This document shows, piece by piece, positions 30,340 to 49,215 of a DNA stretch of 64,000 nucleotides. Made by a program: the position numbers and the translations under genes. Each line of letters begins with the position of its first letter. Position 1 is the first letter of the stretch. The notes below the pieces were generated by a model. The model saw nothing but the letters and a program-made list of their open reading frames with translations. It was not told the DNA's origin and did no database searches. The DNA lies in assembly GCF_009834535.1 (NCBI RefSeq), contig NC_045701.1:32736001-32800000 (forward strand), in the 5' to 3' direction. The DNA is from Camelus ferus. Taxonomy: Eukaryota.

Positions 30340-30980
30340 AACAACTGCGCGGAGCCACCGAAAACCCAGAGGAGCGGGGAGAGCTGACCCTCAGGCTTGG
30401 AGCGAGAGTCGGTGACGACAGCGGGCGAGGGGGCGGGGCCGCGGCGGGGCCGGAGGCCGGGGGAGGGGCCGGAGGCCGGGGCCAGGCGGGGGCGGGGGCG
30501 GGGGCCGGGGCCGGGGGCCCGGGCAGGGGGGCGGGGAGCAGCCAGCTGCTGGCGGGGGCGGGCGCGCGCCGAACCCCGTGCAGGCCCAGCCCCGGGAGGG
30601 GCCCAGCTGACTCCGCCCCGGGCCAGGAAGTGACTCAAAAACTGTTCGTGATGTGGGGAAGAGAGGTCCCTGTTGGGTGAGGAATCGGGAAGGCCCGCCC
30701 AGATTCGGGCCCCCCGCCCTTCTTCCCTGGGTCGGGGGCGCGGGCGAAGCTGGGGCCGGCGGGCACCGAGCGGCGCCGGCGGGACTGAGTCCGCAGCGGG
30801 CGGCGAGGCGGGTAGGCGCGCTCTCCCCCGCGCCCGGGCCTGGGACCCCGAGGTCGCAGTGCAGAGCGCAGTCGGGGGGCGGCGGCCGCCAGCGGCTGTG
30901 GGCGGGGCCCGGCCCGGCCCCTGGGCCCCTAGTGGGGCGCGTGGCGCGACCAAGGGGTGCAGCAGACGGCGGAGGGAGGG
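30340..30980. promoter_or_regulatory. KHNYN: CpG island shared by head-to-head CBLN3 and KHNYN; probable KHNYN non-coding exon 1 ending at 30811
   Basis: Many GGGGCGGGG boxes, CAGGAAGTGACTCA at 30624-30637, and donor GTAGGC at 30812. Confidence 0.75.
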
Positions 30981-31398
30981 GGAGGGATGGGAGTGGCTAG
31001 ACCTTGGAAATGGCTGACAGGGGACCCCAGAGGACAGCCCAGTTCAAGCCCCAGTGAGGATTCATGTTTAAGAGGCCGTGTTGGACCCAGAAATTGCGGA
31101 GACCCTGAGCAGAGGGACTCTTTAGTCATCCATCGACTCCGGGCCTCCAGACCGAGCTGGATCCCCCCACCCTTCCTGCTCAGGGCTGTGGTTATTATTT
31201 TCAGAAGGCCAGACAGCCTTGTTTGTCCATGACTTCGTCTCCGGAGAGAAGGCCCTCGTGTCCAGATAATCTGACATTCCCCTCCTACCCCCAAGATGGA
31301 CTTAAATACCGGTTACCTCCGGTGTTGTTTACCAGATTGGTAACTAGATGCGACCTGTTGATAGCTGGTGTAGGCCAGGAGACCAAGATTCGGGTTGA

Positions 31399-37856
<6,458 letters not shown>

Positions 37857-40398
37857 GCCTCACGTCTCTGAGTGGCTGCCACCCCATCAGCTTCAGCCTC
37901 ACCCAGCTCAGCTCATTCTGTGAGGGTCCCTCTGCTGCTCAGACCCTGACCCAGACTCACCCTGAGTTGGTGCTTTGGGTCAGGGAAGCACTGAGTTAGA
38001 GCATTTGTGGTGTGGGGAATGCTCTTGCCTGGGGCACTTTGGGGACAGGTCCAGAAGTGACCTGATCTCTTCTTGAGCCAGGACCTCAACCAGCTCTCAG
38101 GAGGTTCTGCTCAGTTTTAACTTCTCAACCTTGCCTTATGCAGGGTTTCTGTAGGGAGTGGGGTCTGCTGGAAAGGGTGGGTCCTGGAGATTGGGACGGC
38201 CGGCCCCTCCTCCACGTTGAGCTGGGGATGGAGGCTAGGGAGGCTAGGGTGGGCGGGAGGGGAATGTGGAACAGGTGACAAGGAAGCTAAGCCTTTCCTC
38301 CTCTTGGCTCCTGCTCTGATGGCCAGAGGACAGGACGCTTCCCAGTCCTGGCTGGGCTCCTGGGCACATTGAAGGGAATGCTGGGCCCTGGAAAGGCTAG
38401 TGTTCTGGGGTCTGGGTCACACTGGGGCAGCAGGGAGCTGGTGGAGAAGGCAGAGGGAGACTTGGCTTCTGGTTTCAGCTCTTCCTGTCTGTGACCTTGA
38501 TTGATCTTGGTCTTTACTTCTGCCTACGAGGGTAAAGGGTAAGAATGCCTGTTGGGAGGAGAGAGGAGAACACAGAGGAAAGCTCCTGGGAGGAAAGGTA
38601 CTTGGACCAAGTCTCAGGTGTGTCTGTGGCTGCACAGGTGTCCTAACCAAAACCTCCTCTTTCCCCAGGGCCTGTGCCCTAGATTTGAACACTGCATCCT
38701 CAGTATAATGTGCCCTGTAATGGCTGCATCCCTTTGGGCAACCCCCCAAATCCACATTTACAGAACAGTTAATTAGGGGTGGCTGTTGGCATTACCAGAA
38801 TACTCTCAGGGTTCGTTCCTATCAATGGCAGCTCTCCTGTTGCATTCAGGTGTTTACAGATGAACGAATGTGTCAGAAAGTCCCCAGTCCCCGGTTACCG
38901 CACTTGCTCAGGCATTGAGCATTCAGCAAACCGATGAAGCCATGCTCTGTGAGGACAACGTTCATGTGCTCTGACCCTAGTGTTTTCTCTACCAAACACA
39001 TATGTTGCATAAAGCAAAGCCCACTTCTGCTCTCCCTGTGTGTGTATGGGGATGGGAGGATGTATAGAGGTTGTAGCTAGAGGAACCAATTATCTGGAGG
39101 AAGAAAACCCAAGAATCAGTCAGAAGGTACCTGACTGGCCACCAGACCAACTGCTGTCACATCTGGACACTCTCTCTCCACCCTGATTCCTATAAGTCAT
39201 TGTCCTGTATCTGCTTGAAGTCCTCCTGTGCCAGGGAGTTTCCTGCCTCTGAGGCAGCACAGCCAGCCTTGGACAGTATTAGTTGTCCTTCCTTTAGTGC
39301 AGCCCCCAATAGGCTTTTCTGTTACTTCTGTCTTTGGGACTGGTCATTCCCTCAGGAACAGTACAGAGCCAGTCAACTTCCTAGAGGGTCCAAGACCAGA
39401 TAAAGAAGTGGAACAAGTGCCCCTGAGTTCTGTGCTGTCTGGGCCCTGCAGCAAGTCCCTGGGCATGGTCCTTTTTTAGGCTCTGACTTCTGTTCCCTGA
39501 ATGGCATAGGGAGTTGAGTTGAAATCACCCCAGATCCTTGTTAGCAGCAGCTAGCATTCAGAGCTGAATGATGATGGAGAGGGTCCCTGGCTCCCAGTGT
39601 CATCGCCCCCTGCCCCTCAGTGGTGATGATCATCACTATTCTGCTAGGCTGGGGGCAGGTGTGTTGGAGAGTGGGTGGTTGGGGAGGTGACAGTGACTCA
39701 AAGACAACACAGTCCCCTCAGAAGAAAGGAGATTGATTAATATGGCCTGAATTGGGGGCCAGAAGAACTACTGGTCAAGCTATGGCAGCTACCAGGGTCA
39801 ATAAAAAGGGACAGAGTCGTTGATGAACACTTTTTTTCACCTGATAGGGTTGAGTTTGTTGTTTTGATAGGTTTCTGCATCTTTAACTTCCAATGCTGGT
39901 GGGTGTGCAGCGGACTAGAGGTATGTTCTGCCCTTTGATGCTGAGGACCCTGGTTGACTGAAGTGGCCCCAATCAGATGAGAGGCCAGTCCTTAGCTTCT
40001 GACAGTCTCAAGCTTTGCACAGCTTTGTCCTGCTGCAGCTTGATGAACTGGGGCCAGCGTGTGATGGCTTTACCAAGTCACTGCTGTCCGGGGACAGGTT
40101 GGAGGCTGTCCTAGACTTGGGCCTTGTCTCTTCCTCTGCTGGTATCCTGATGGCACTGTGTGAACAAGTGTGCAGGGTGACCACAGAGCCCCCCGGAAAT
40201 GATCGTCATTCCTCTTGTCATAACCTCGTGCCCCCAAACTTGTTTCCAGCTCTTTTGGCAGTGGAGGGCCCAAGAAGGGAGATGTGGCCTGTTATAACCT
40301 TCAAAATCCCCTGTAAAGGGAAGGATGACATTCCTTGAAGTAAATGTCAGGAGCACCTGGGCCAAAGAGATGAGCCGGAGCTAGTGAGGTAATTTACC

Positions 40399-40404
40399 TT
40401 TATT
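40399..40404 (-). terminator. SDR39U1: SDR39U1 poly(A) signal
   Basis: AATAAA on the minus strand about 310 nt after the stop. Confidence 0.7.
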
Positions 40405-40713
40405 GCCTCAACTGCAGAACATTCTCTACACAGCAAAATGGAGAAACGGGGCAAGAACGGGACGCGCAGAGAAACCAAACTTGGAAATTCTTTTACCAGG
40501 AGCTGAGGAGGGTAAGGTCCCAACCTGATGAGATTGCAGCCTTGAAACTGAACAGTCTCTGAGTTAAATAAGGTGGGGCAACAGAACAATGAGAAAGAAA
40601 GAGGACTCCCTAAGAACCAGATGGTTCCAGGTCACAACCTCTGCCGACACCCGGTCTGACCAGGAAGCCTCTGCTGAGGAACAGGCCTCGGACCCTGCCA
40701 CGAGCCTCCCCAC

Positions 40714-43366
40714 TTAGGCTACGACTTCCTTCAAGGCAGCCCCCAGCTCTGGGAAGGAATACTGGTAGCCAGCGGCCAGTGTCCGCCGCGGGACCACCTT
40801 CTGGCCCTCCAACAGCATGACAGCACGTTCTTGCCCAAAGACAGCTCGGACCACGGGGCTTGGGAGAGGGATGAAGGCTGGGCGGCCCAGGGCTGCGCCT
40901 AAGGCCCGGGCAAACTCAGCATTTGTCGTGGTGGAGGCTGGAGCCACTCCATTCAGGACCCCTTGCACGTGGCTTGCTTCAAGGGCATGGACCAGGATTC
41001 CTGTCAGGTCCTTGATGTGGATCCAGGGGAAGAACTGGTGGCCTGAGCCGATGGGGCCGCCCAGGCCCAGGCGGAAGGGCAGCAGCATGTGACTGATGGC
41101 ACCGCCCCCACGACCCAGCACAACCCCTACAGCAGGGGAAGGATGGTACAGGGTTCCTCTGTACTCGCCCTTCCTCACTCCTCCCCCATGCTGACTTGGC
41201 TCTATGGCAGGTGAGGGTTACGGCTCTCTGAGACATCCTGTCCTCCCATCTGCAGGTTAGCCAGAAGTGGTGGCATCCACTGTAAACTCAGTTCCCCTTA
41301 TCCCCCCTCCCCTACTTCCCTAGACCAGAGAAGAGACATTCCAACCCTGTTGGAAACCCGGGCCCCTGCTTCTTACCAGAGCGCACCACCACTTGGCGTG
41401 TGGAATCTCCAGGAAGCCTGGCTGCGGCTTCCCATTTGGTTACGAGGTTGGAGAAAAAGTCAAAATCCCCTCCTGGGCTGTCCTCATCATATTCAGCAGT
41501 CAGGCTGGGCTGGTAGTAAGCTGCGGGTGGAAGAGTACTTGTTTGCCTTGGGGTGTCCTTTGGTCCCACCTGGCCCTCTGTGGTCAAGGCTCCCCTGGCC
41601 TCACCCTCCTTGGCCCTTGGGATCTCCCCATGGGAAGATAGAGACATGGATACATTTCCCTTGAGCTTTTCCATGAGCTGACCTGTTCCTGCCCTGAAGT
41701 AATTCGTATCTCTCTTTACAGGGCTAAGCTGAGAGGCTGCTAGAGTGCAGAAGTTAAAAACAAAGACATGGGTGCCAGGCTGCCTGAGTATTGATCTCAG
41801 CGCCACCATTTCTCAACTCTGTGACTTTAGGCAAATTACACAACCTCTCTGTGCAGAATTTTTGCATCTTTTAAATGGGGATAATAGTATCTACCTCCTA
41901 AGTTTCTTGTGAGGATGAAATGTAATATGTACAAAACACTTAGAAGAGTGGCTGATATGTATACACGATAATTGTCTGCAATCATTTGGTCCCAAAGGTG
42001 AAATACAAGAATCAGGAGTTCTGTTCCTAAAGGACTGTGCTGTGAGAAAAAAGGGACTTGAGGGTAGGTGGGATTTCTTCTGGGGCTGGGAGCACTGTCA
42101 CTCCCCCCTCTTTCTCAGAGGGTCCCTGTTCCTCAATGACAGTACACAAAAGTCAGGAGAAGTATGCATGGATTGAGGGCCTGGGTAGTTCCTCTGCTTG
42201 GCAAAGACCAGGACTTTGGGGCCTGAGCCACCCCGTACTATGTACCCCCCTTTCCCTGGCTGGTCTAAAGGGTTGGTGATTTGGGGCATACCTACACCTG
42301 TGACTAAGACCCAGGCCTGGGGGGGTTGTGGGGCCTTGGCAATGGCTCTAGCCAGCATTTGGGTGGTCTCCAGGCGGCTGCTAAGAACTTCTTTTTGGAA
42401 AGCTTCATTCCACCTGCAGGAGAAACATAGGGGAAAATAAAACACTAACTACTTGCACACATTCTTCCCTCTCTTTCCCTGGGGCTCATCCATATCCATT
42501 TCTAGTAAAATATGCATTGTGGCTTAGACAAATGGTCTATTTCTCCTGTAGAGGGAAAAGGCACATCTATTTTGGGCATCCTGAGTTACAAGTGGGGACT
42601 AAGGTCCACTGGCTGAGTGTGAAGAAGGGCAGGTAAGTGTAGAGGAGCAGGGGTGGAGGGATAGCAGTCTGCGACATGGGTCCAGTTCTCAGTCTGGCAG
42701 CTCCATTCGCTGCAGCTCGCAGGTTCTGTCAGAGTCGGCCCTCTCCTCCCTCCGCTCTTAAGGTTATCAGCTTTAGAGCCTGGCTGACCTGCGGAGAGGG
42801 TTGAGGATGTTCTCTCCAGCCAGGTTGACGGCGGCATCGCAGCGGGGCAGCCCCGTCGTAGCAAGCTCATCCTGTGGGAGAAAGCACACAGTGCCCGCGA
42901 GCCACCCAACCAGGCCTTCCCCCCGGGGCTCCCAGAGTCTGGACATACCCACGTGATCCGATCGGGCCCTGGCTTTCGGGAGATCAAAGTCACTTTGTGG
43001 CCCCTGGCCTTCAGCAGCTGGGTTAGGGCTGTCCCAACGAAGCCCGTCCCGCCACCTGATCAGAAAATACAAGGTGTTTATCCTCCTGGGGGCGCCTTCC
43101 TTCCCGCACGGGGTGCCCTCTGGTGCCATCCCATCTAACTCCAGACTTCTCCCCTCCTTCTTGCCCCCTCCCCGCGATGCAGAGATGACACAGGTCACAG
43201 GGCTTAGGGAGATTCGCCTTCTCCGGCTTGGAGGCCAAGGCCAAGTTGCCTGTGCACGAGACGGAACGGCCTCCTAGCCGTTAGTCTCTGGCTAATAGCT
43301 TCCTTTTATAAACCTGCCTCCTCCCACGCCCCCTTTCTGCCCTCCCTCACCCACTAGAACCCGCAT
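40714..43366 (-). CDS. SDR39U1: SDR39U1 epimerase-family short-chain dehydrogenase. Exons 43366-43351, 43055-42949, 42871-42789, 42413-42292, 41520-41377, 41126-40714; 294 aa
   Basis: MRVLVGGGTGFVG Rossmann motif, DAAVNLAGENI, WNEAFQKEV, YYQPSLTAEYDEDSPGG and ...PELGAALKEVVA*. GT-AG junctions; 885 nt. Confidence 0.97.
41760..41975 (+). mobile_element. MIR SINE in SDR39U1 intron 4
   Basis: MIR core (tgtgactttaggcaaattacacaacctctctgtgc...aaatggggataatagtatctacctc). Confidence 0.7.
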
Positions 43367-43620
43367 AGCGACCACGACCTAACGCGCCTGCGCAAGGTTT
43401 AGAGTTTGCCTCCCCTAGAACGCGACTACGGCGTTTTTGCGCATGCGTCTTTAGGGAAGCGCGCTCAGGTGGCTGCGCGGGTAGGATTGAGACTGGGCGT
43501 GGCCTTGCCTGGCGACCCGGAAGAATTCTTGGAGAAGGCTGTGTATTTCATTGCAAGGAGTGGCGGGGACAAGGGCATGGGAGGCCGGGACAGGGAATAG
43601 ACCGAGGGGCGAGGAAGGAA
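43367..43620 (-). promoter_or_regulatory. SDR39U1: SDR39U1 CpG promoter with NRF1-type and ETS motifs
   Basis: GCGCCTGCGCA at 43384-43394, TGCGCATGCG at 43438-43447 and CCGGAAG at 43517-43523. Confidence 0.65.
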
Positions 43621-43829
43621 GGGGAGGAGGCGGAGTAGGGAAGGTTTGAGTGTGGGAAAAAACCTTTGACCTAAAACCCCAGGCTACTCCAACTGCCGAA
43701 TTCTGGATGTTCATTCTGCTTGGTGGCTCAGGAGTATAAGAAGATCCGTCCAGTGCTACGATAGGTTTCTTTCTACCCGGCCTGTTATTTTACCTTTTCT
43801 GCTTCCCGTTCTGGCTCCTTCCTGTCGGG

Positions 43830-44620
43830 ATCTACACGTTCTTAAGTTCCCCACGACTTAAAATAACCCTTTTCCAGTCCTCTTCCTCTGCTAATGTCCT
43901 TTCTTTCTCTTCATCTTCATAGCCAGACTTCTTAAAAGAGTAGTGTCCATTTTCTACTTCCATCAACTTCACATCCGTCCGGCTTCGCATTTATCAGGCA
44001 TTGCGTCTTTTGGCAACATCACCAATTTCCCACGTGTTACCAAAACTAATGCTTAGTTTTCAGTCATTTTTCTTGACCTCTGTATTACTGATGCTCGCTG
44101 ACTCCTTCCCTTTGGAAATGCTCATTTTGCAGCCTCAGTGAAAGCCACACTCTCTTTGGGTCTTTCACCCAGATTTCTTCAGTCTCTGTTGTTTGCTCTG
44201 CCTCTTCCAGTGTCTTAAAATGTTGATATTCCTCAAAGCTAGCTCCTAGGATTTTCCTTTCTTCCCATTCTGCACTTTCTCCCAAACATTTACGTCGGTG
44301 AATTCAGTTACCAGTTTTTTTCTTTTTCAGAGAAGACTTCCAAAATCTATGCAACTATAGGAGAGCCTCAGAGCTCCTGAATCCTATAAAAACTTCCCAC
44401 TAGATATCTCTTCCTGGATGTCTGAAACCCTATTGATTATACTTATTAATATCTCCCAGATCCATCTCTTTCTGTCTCTTTCTGCCACTACCACTCTTCT
44501 TCAAGTTATTATCCTCTTTTTGTCTACATTTCTGCAGTAGTCTCTTTGATTAGTCTCTCTGCTTCTGCATGTTTCTTCTCTCCAAACTCCACACACTGCA
44601 ATTCTGATTATTTGTTCAAG
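43830..44620 (+). mobile_element. L2 remnant
   Basis: CT-rich L2-like text (cccactagatatctcttcctggatgtctg). Confidence 0.5.
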
Positions 44621-45019
44621 ATGAATTGCTAGAGAGAGTTCACTTGATTGAAGGGATTCACCATACCCTTGGAAGCGAGGAGTGGTAGCAGCCTCAAGGT
44701 CCCGTTGTGTTTGTCCCTGTTCTGCCCTATCCTCTCCTCCAGTCAGTCCCTCAACTGATAAGAGTTGGGGCTGAGCAGACCCTAGGCCTTCAACTTCTTG
44801 CTGCTTTGGGAGCAGCCGTTTGTGGCTGACGTTCAGCAAGACTTGTGATGCTGTCCCGCTTCTTATCTGCTCCAGGTATCTGTCATGCAGAAGTGAGTGA
44901 GGGATGGTCTCCCCTGCATCTCAGATCAAAGCTCCACAGATGCAGATCTTCTCTTATCGAGGTGGACTGTCACAAGGGCCCAGTGCGGCCCCAACTGCCT
45001 CTCTAGCTCATGCATCCGA

Positions 45020-45200
45020 ACTGCTGGTTCTCAACTGAGGGTGATTCCTTCCCAGCTTCCTCACCCACCCCTCACACACCTCTGGGGGACATTTAGCAAT
45101 GCCTGGACGTGTTTTTGGTTCCTAACTTGGTGGTGGAGAGGGGGCTGTTGCTACCAGCGTCTAGTGGGGAGAGGTCAGGATGCTCTAAATACCCTACAAT
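45020..45200 (+). mobile_element. MER20 (hAT-Charlie) remnant; second copy inverted at about 49682-49862
   Basis: ggttctcaac...gggggacatttagcaatgcctggac...tttttggtt...ctagtggggagaggtcaggatgct matches MER20 as I recall it. Confidence 0.75.
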
Positions 45201-45666
45201 TCGAAATGTTCTTAGTGCTTTTGAATATCCCTAAAGGTAAATCACGATTGCTGTTGAGTTGATGGTGAGTCAAGGAAGGATCTGGTGTGATTTCTTGTTT
45301 AAGTTGGACATGAGGGTCCTGCCTCTCCAAGGAATCCCTTTCTCTTCTTTCTTTCCCTCTTTTTCTTCATTGTTTCCTCTCTGACTCTGACACACCGACT
45401 CCTTTCAAGGCTTTTAGAGCCTGATGCTGGGAGGAGAGAGCTGCAGAGGGAGGAGAGAGCTGCAGAGGGAGGAGACACAAACTCAAGTCTGGAAACTGGG
45501 TCTTTATGGAGACTGGGAATTCTGTGATCTGGAGGAACATTCTTGAGGCTTAGGGGTGTGGCAGGACTTCCACAGGAACCAGAGGCAGACCACCAAGAGT
45601 GAGTGGCACAGACAGCATGATCGGATCCAGCTCCAGATTTCCCCTCAGGCTGGCCCAGGCTCCAGG

Positions 45667-45809
45667 TTAATCCTCCTTCAGGACCTCATTGATCCAGGGC
45701 TGGTGATGGGAGATCCGGGTGAAGACAGCAGGGGGCTTTGCATGTGACCGTCCATAGGAGACAATGCCCTGGGCCACCCAGCACACAGAAGAGGGCCCCC
45801 TGAGTCTCC
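45667..45809 (-). pseudogene. CMA1: Isolated duplicate of chymase exon 5 (frameshifted)
   Basis: [11 protein letters not shown], then a 1-nt deletion, then [35 protein letters not shown]. Confidence 0.9.
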
Positions 45810-45954
45810 CTGTGGGACGGAGAGTGAGAGGGAGAGAGGGAGAAGGTGAGCCAGGGAAACCACCCACTCCTTCCCGTGGTCCCAACTCTGAGTTGGTCAG
45901 ACCTAGCATCAGATCCAGAGCCCGGTTCCTCATGGGGTGATATGTCTTGGTCTG

Positions 45955-46405
45955 ATTATAAAAGACTGAGACCTAATCATAAGACTATAGAGAAATTCCC
46001 TTTCCCCTACACCTCACCAGAACATTACTAAAAACCTATTTATAGCAGTTCCTTTTACTTAGTATATTTTGTCCAGCTATCAAGAAAAAAAAATTACAAG
46101 GTGTAGTAAAAGATAAAAAAACATAATTTTAAGAGACATAACAAGCATCAAAACCAGTTATGGCAGGGATATTGGAATTGCACACTGGGAGTTTAAAATA
46201 ACTATGATTAATACACTAAGGGCTCTAATGGATAAAGGAGACAGAGTGCAAGAACTGATGGGCAATGTAAGAAGAATAATGGAAATACTTAGAAAGAACC
46301 AGAAAGAAATGCTAATAATCAAAATACTGTAACAGAAATGAAGAATGCCTTTGATGAGCTCATTAGTAGATGGGATACAACCAAGGAAAGAAGTTCAGTG
46401 CTTAG
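45955..46405 (+). mobile_element. Old L1M 5'/ORF1 fragment
   Basis: A-rich L1M ORF1-like text (aactatgattaatacactaagggctctaatgg...gaaatgaagaatgcctttgatgagctcattagtaga). Confidence 0.7.
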
Positions 46406-46406
46406 G

Positions 46407-46680
46407 CTACTGACAAGGGATTAATATCCAAAATATGCANNNNNNNNNNNNNNNNNNNNNNNNNNNNNNNNNNNNNNNNNNNNNNNNNNNNNNNNNNNNN
46501 NNNNNNNNNNNNNNNNNNNNNNNNNNNNNNNNNNNNNNNNNNNNNNNNNNNNNNNNNNNNNNNNNNNNNNNNNNNNNNNNNNNNNNNNNNNNNNNNNNNN
46601 NNNNNNNNNNNNNNNNNNNCCATTATCAAAAAGTCTACAAATAAGAAATGCTGGAGAGTGTGTGGTGAAAAGGGAACCCA
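46407..46680 (+). mobile_element. Short internal L1 ORF2 3' fragment spanning a 180-N gap
   Basis: gacaagggattaatatccaaaata[N]cattatcaaaaagtctacaaataagaaatgctggagag...aaaagggaaccc. No poly(A) tail. Confidence 0.75.
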
Positions 46681-47154
46681 AGGGACAAGGAAGCCCACAC
46701 TGATTGAGGGAAAGCCAAGAGCAGGTGGGAGGAAGAGGGTGACTTCCTTTTATATAACGTGTGACACTGTGCTTAAAGTCCTATATTCTCTTCATCTTCT
46801 GGCCTTGTAATTTGGCTGATCTGTGTGTGCTCACAGGATACGGAGAAGGTCGAGATAGGAACCCAGAGGGCTTGTCCTGAACGGTGACAGAGGAGTGTAG
46901 GGCAGGGGCAGAATGGAGTGGCGGAAATCTGAGGTGAAAAATGACATATGGTATCTGAGGCCGTGTTGGCTGCTGTGTCTGGAGGAAGAATGAGAATTTG
47001 TGAGCAGGCTGTGAGGGGGGAAAGCAGATACCAGAGCCACCTGAGAGGGAAGATGGGCAGAACACAGGGCCAGGATGAACTGAAAGGCCTCTCCCAACTT
47101 CAACCCAGCCTGTGAATTTTCTATGTTCAGGCCCTGGGGTTCTCTGTTCCACAG

Positions 47155-49215
47155 GAGATCACTGGGGGCACAGGGTGCAAGCCACACTCCCGCCCCTACT
47201 TGGCCTACCTGGAAATTATCACCCCACCAGGGTAAGCTGGTGGCATGTGGTGGTTTCCCGGTGAGAAGGGACTTCGTGCTGACGGCTGCTCCATGTACAG
47301 GAAGGTGAGACATCAAGGTCTTTTCATCTCTAAACGGGAGGTAAACAGCCAGGGAAGAACCAGGGACACCACCTGGGGCCTGAGGAGGGGCTCCTGGACT
47401 TGAGTCTCTTTAAGGAGGGGCAAGACCTGGGCCTAAGGAAAGCAGTCTCATAATTGAAGAGCTGCCCTGACCCTCAGTCACTGTGAGCTCAGCTCCCCTA
47501 CAAAGGAAAGGAGGCCCCATCCCAGCATCCTCCTCTAAAAGTAGCTCCTCCTCCCTGACCCCAACACAGGAGACATGGACTCAGTCTTCAGGGTCCCATG
47601 CCGTTCGCTGGCCACTTCCTCTATGCCCTTTCCGAGAACACTGGCCTTTAGTTCCCAGGAACCTGAACTCACCATTTCCATCAGAGGCCAAGAACAGAGT
47701 CCACCTGAGATCCCACCACTTCCCCCTTACCTCTGATACCTCTAGCTCAGAGGGCTGGCCCTCACTAGGGATCCCTGATTAGGAAGTGCCAACCCAGTCC
47801 CCTAGGTCCTCCGTGGCCTGTTCAGTCCCCAGAAGGTCCCAAGAGTCCTGGAAATTGTCTCTGTTCCTTGGGAAAGCTCTTTCCTGAGTAAAACCTGAGT
47901 CCCTCAAATACCAAAAGTGACCAAGGAAAAGGGAGAGGGGTGGGTAGAGACCATTGACCCCAGGAGAGACTTCATACCCTTTTCTCAAAATGGGTATATC
48001 TCAGGGAGAACCCAAACCATCACTGTTTCTCTTTGTCCTTCTTCTCCCTCACAAAGGTCTATAATGGTCACCCTGGGAATTCATAACATAAAAAAGAAAG
48101 AAGACACATGGCAGAAGCTTGAGGTCATAAAGCAGTTCCCTCACTCAAATTATAACGACTCTATTGCTCACCATGACATCATGTTACTGAAGGTGCAAAT
48201 TCTTCTTCCCCTTCTCCCCTTCCTGTTCCCTAGGGCTTCCTTCTCCCCTTCCTGCTGTCTAGGCTGCTTCTTCAGGTTCCATTGCTCTGACACTTCCCCA
48301 ACCTGACTCTCCCACAACTCCCCCCTCTGGAAGTGGCTGTAATGGGGAGCAACTTGCCCCGTCCTTCCCTGATTGCCTCCAACTGCTCCCAAACCCACTT
48401 CTAGCACTGACACGCTCATCCCCTTTACAGCCGGGGGAGAAAGCCAACCTGACCCTGCCGTGGGGATGCTCCCCCTTCCACCCCAATTCAGCTTCCTCCC
48501 ACCCGGGGCAGTGTGCCTGTGCTGGGCGGCTGGCTGGGGAGGAACCTGAGCAGAGGGATGGGGCTGCAACACTCCGCGAGGGGTGAAGCTGAGAGTCCTG
48601 GAGCCCCGGGCCTGCAGACTCTTCACTACTTTTGACCACGGCCTCCAGTTGTGTGTGGGCAGACCCCGGAAGACAAAATCTGCATTTAAGGTGATCCTCA
48701 GACCAAGGTCTTCTCCACAAATCACTGTTCAGGGTCCATACATCTCCGGGAAGGAGATGGAGTCAGAAATTTGTCAGCGGTGACAAAGTTTGAGATCGTA
48801 GGACTGAGGAGCTAGAATTTTCCCTCTGCCGACTGTCCTTCCACAGCCCCAGGCAGTCTCTGAGCATCCTTCCCAGGCTGGGGCACAGAAGTCATGGGGT
48901 GTCATGAAGGAGAGGAAGAAGCAGAATCAGACTGAGATATATCACCCCATGAGGAACCGGGCTCTGGATCTGATGCTAGGTCTGACCAACTCAGAGTTGG
49001 GACCACGGGAAGGAGTGGGTGGTTTCCCTGGCTCACCTTCTCCCTCTCTCCCTCTCACTCTCCGTCCCACAGGGAGACTCAGGGGGCCCTCTTCTGTGTG
49101 CTGGGTGGCCCAGGGCATTGTCTCCTATGGACGGTCACATGCAAAGCCCCCTGCTGTCTTCACCCGGATCTCCCATCACCAGCCCTGGATCAATGAGGTC
49201 CTGAAGGAGGATTAA
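47155..49215 (+). pseudogene. CMA1: Chymase (CMA1-like) pseudogene. Exons 47155-47304, 48057-48192, 48431-48690, 49073-49215; exon 1 not found
   Basis: Chymase peptides [27 protein letters not shown] and [11 protein letters not shown]. Frameshifts in exons 2, 4 and 5; IIGG reads ITGG; catalytic His motif reads TAAPC. Confidence 0.92.

Larger units (their letters stand above)
44807..45957 (-). repeat. Inverted repeat copy A (~1.15 kb): chymase intron-4 end, exon 5 and 3' flank
   Basis: Reverse complement of 48925-50075 (paired coordinates sum to 94882). The ORF track shows identical mirrored ORFs. Confidence 0.97.

Noticed and set aside
30300-31017. Arg/Gly/Pro-rich ORFs of 114-217 aa
   Set aside because: CpG-island artefacts.
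45431-45475. Tandem 19-bp units here and the 22-bp duplication at 52096-52139 as CRISPR-like or functional arrays
   Set aside because: Only two adjacent copies, no spacers, mammalian context; ordinary slippage duplications.
44897-45933. Identical ORF pairs (121 aa, 63 aa, 61 aa) mirrored at 49019-49985
   Set aside because: Consequence of the inverted repeat; these frames cross MER20 and UTR and are not coding.
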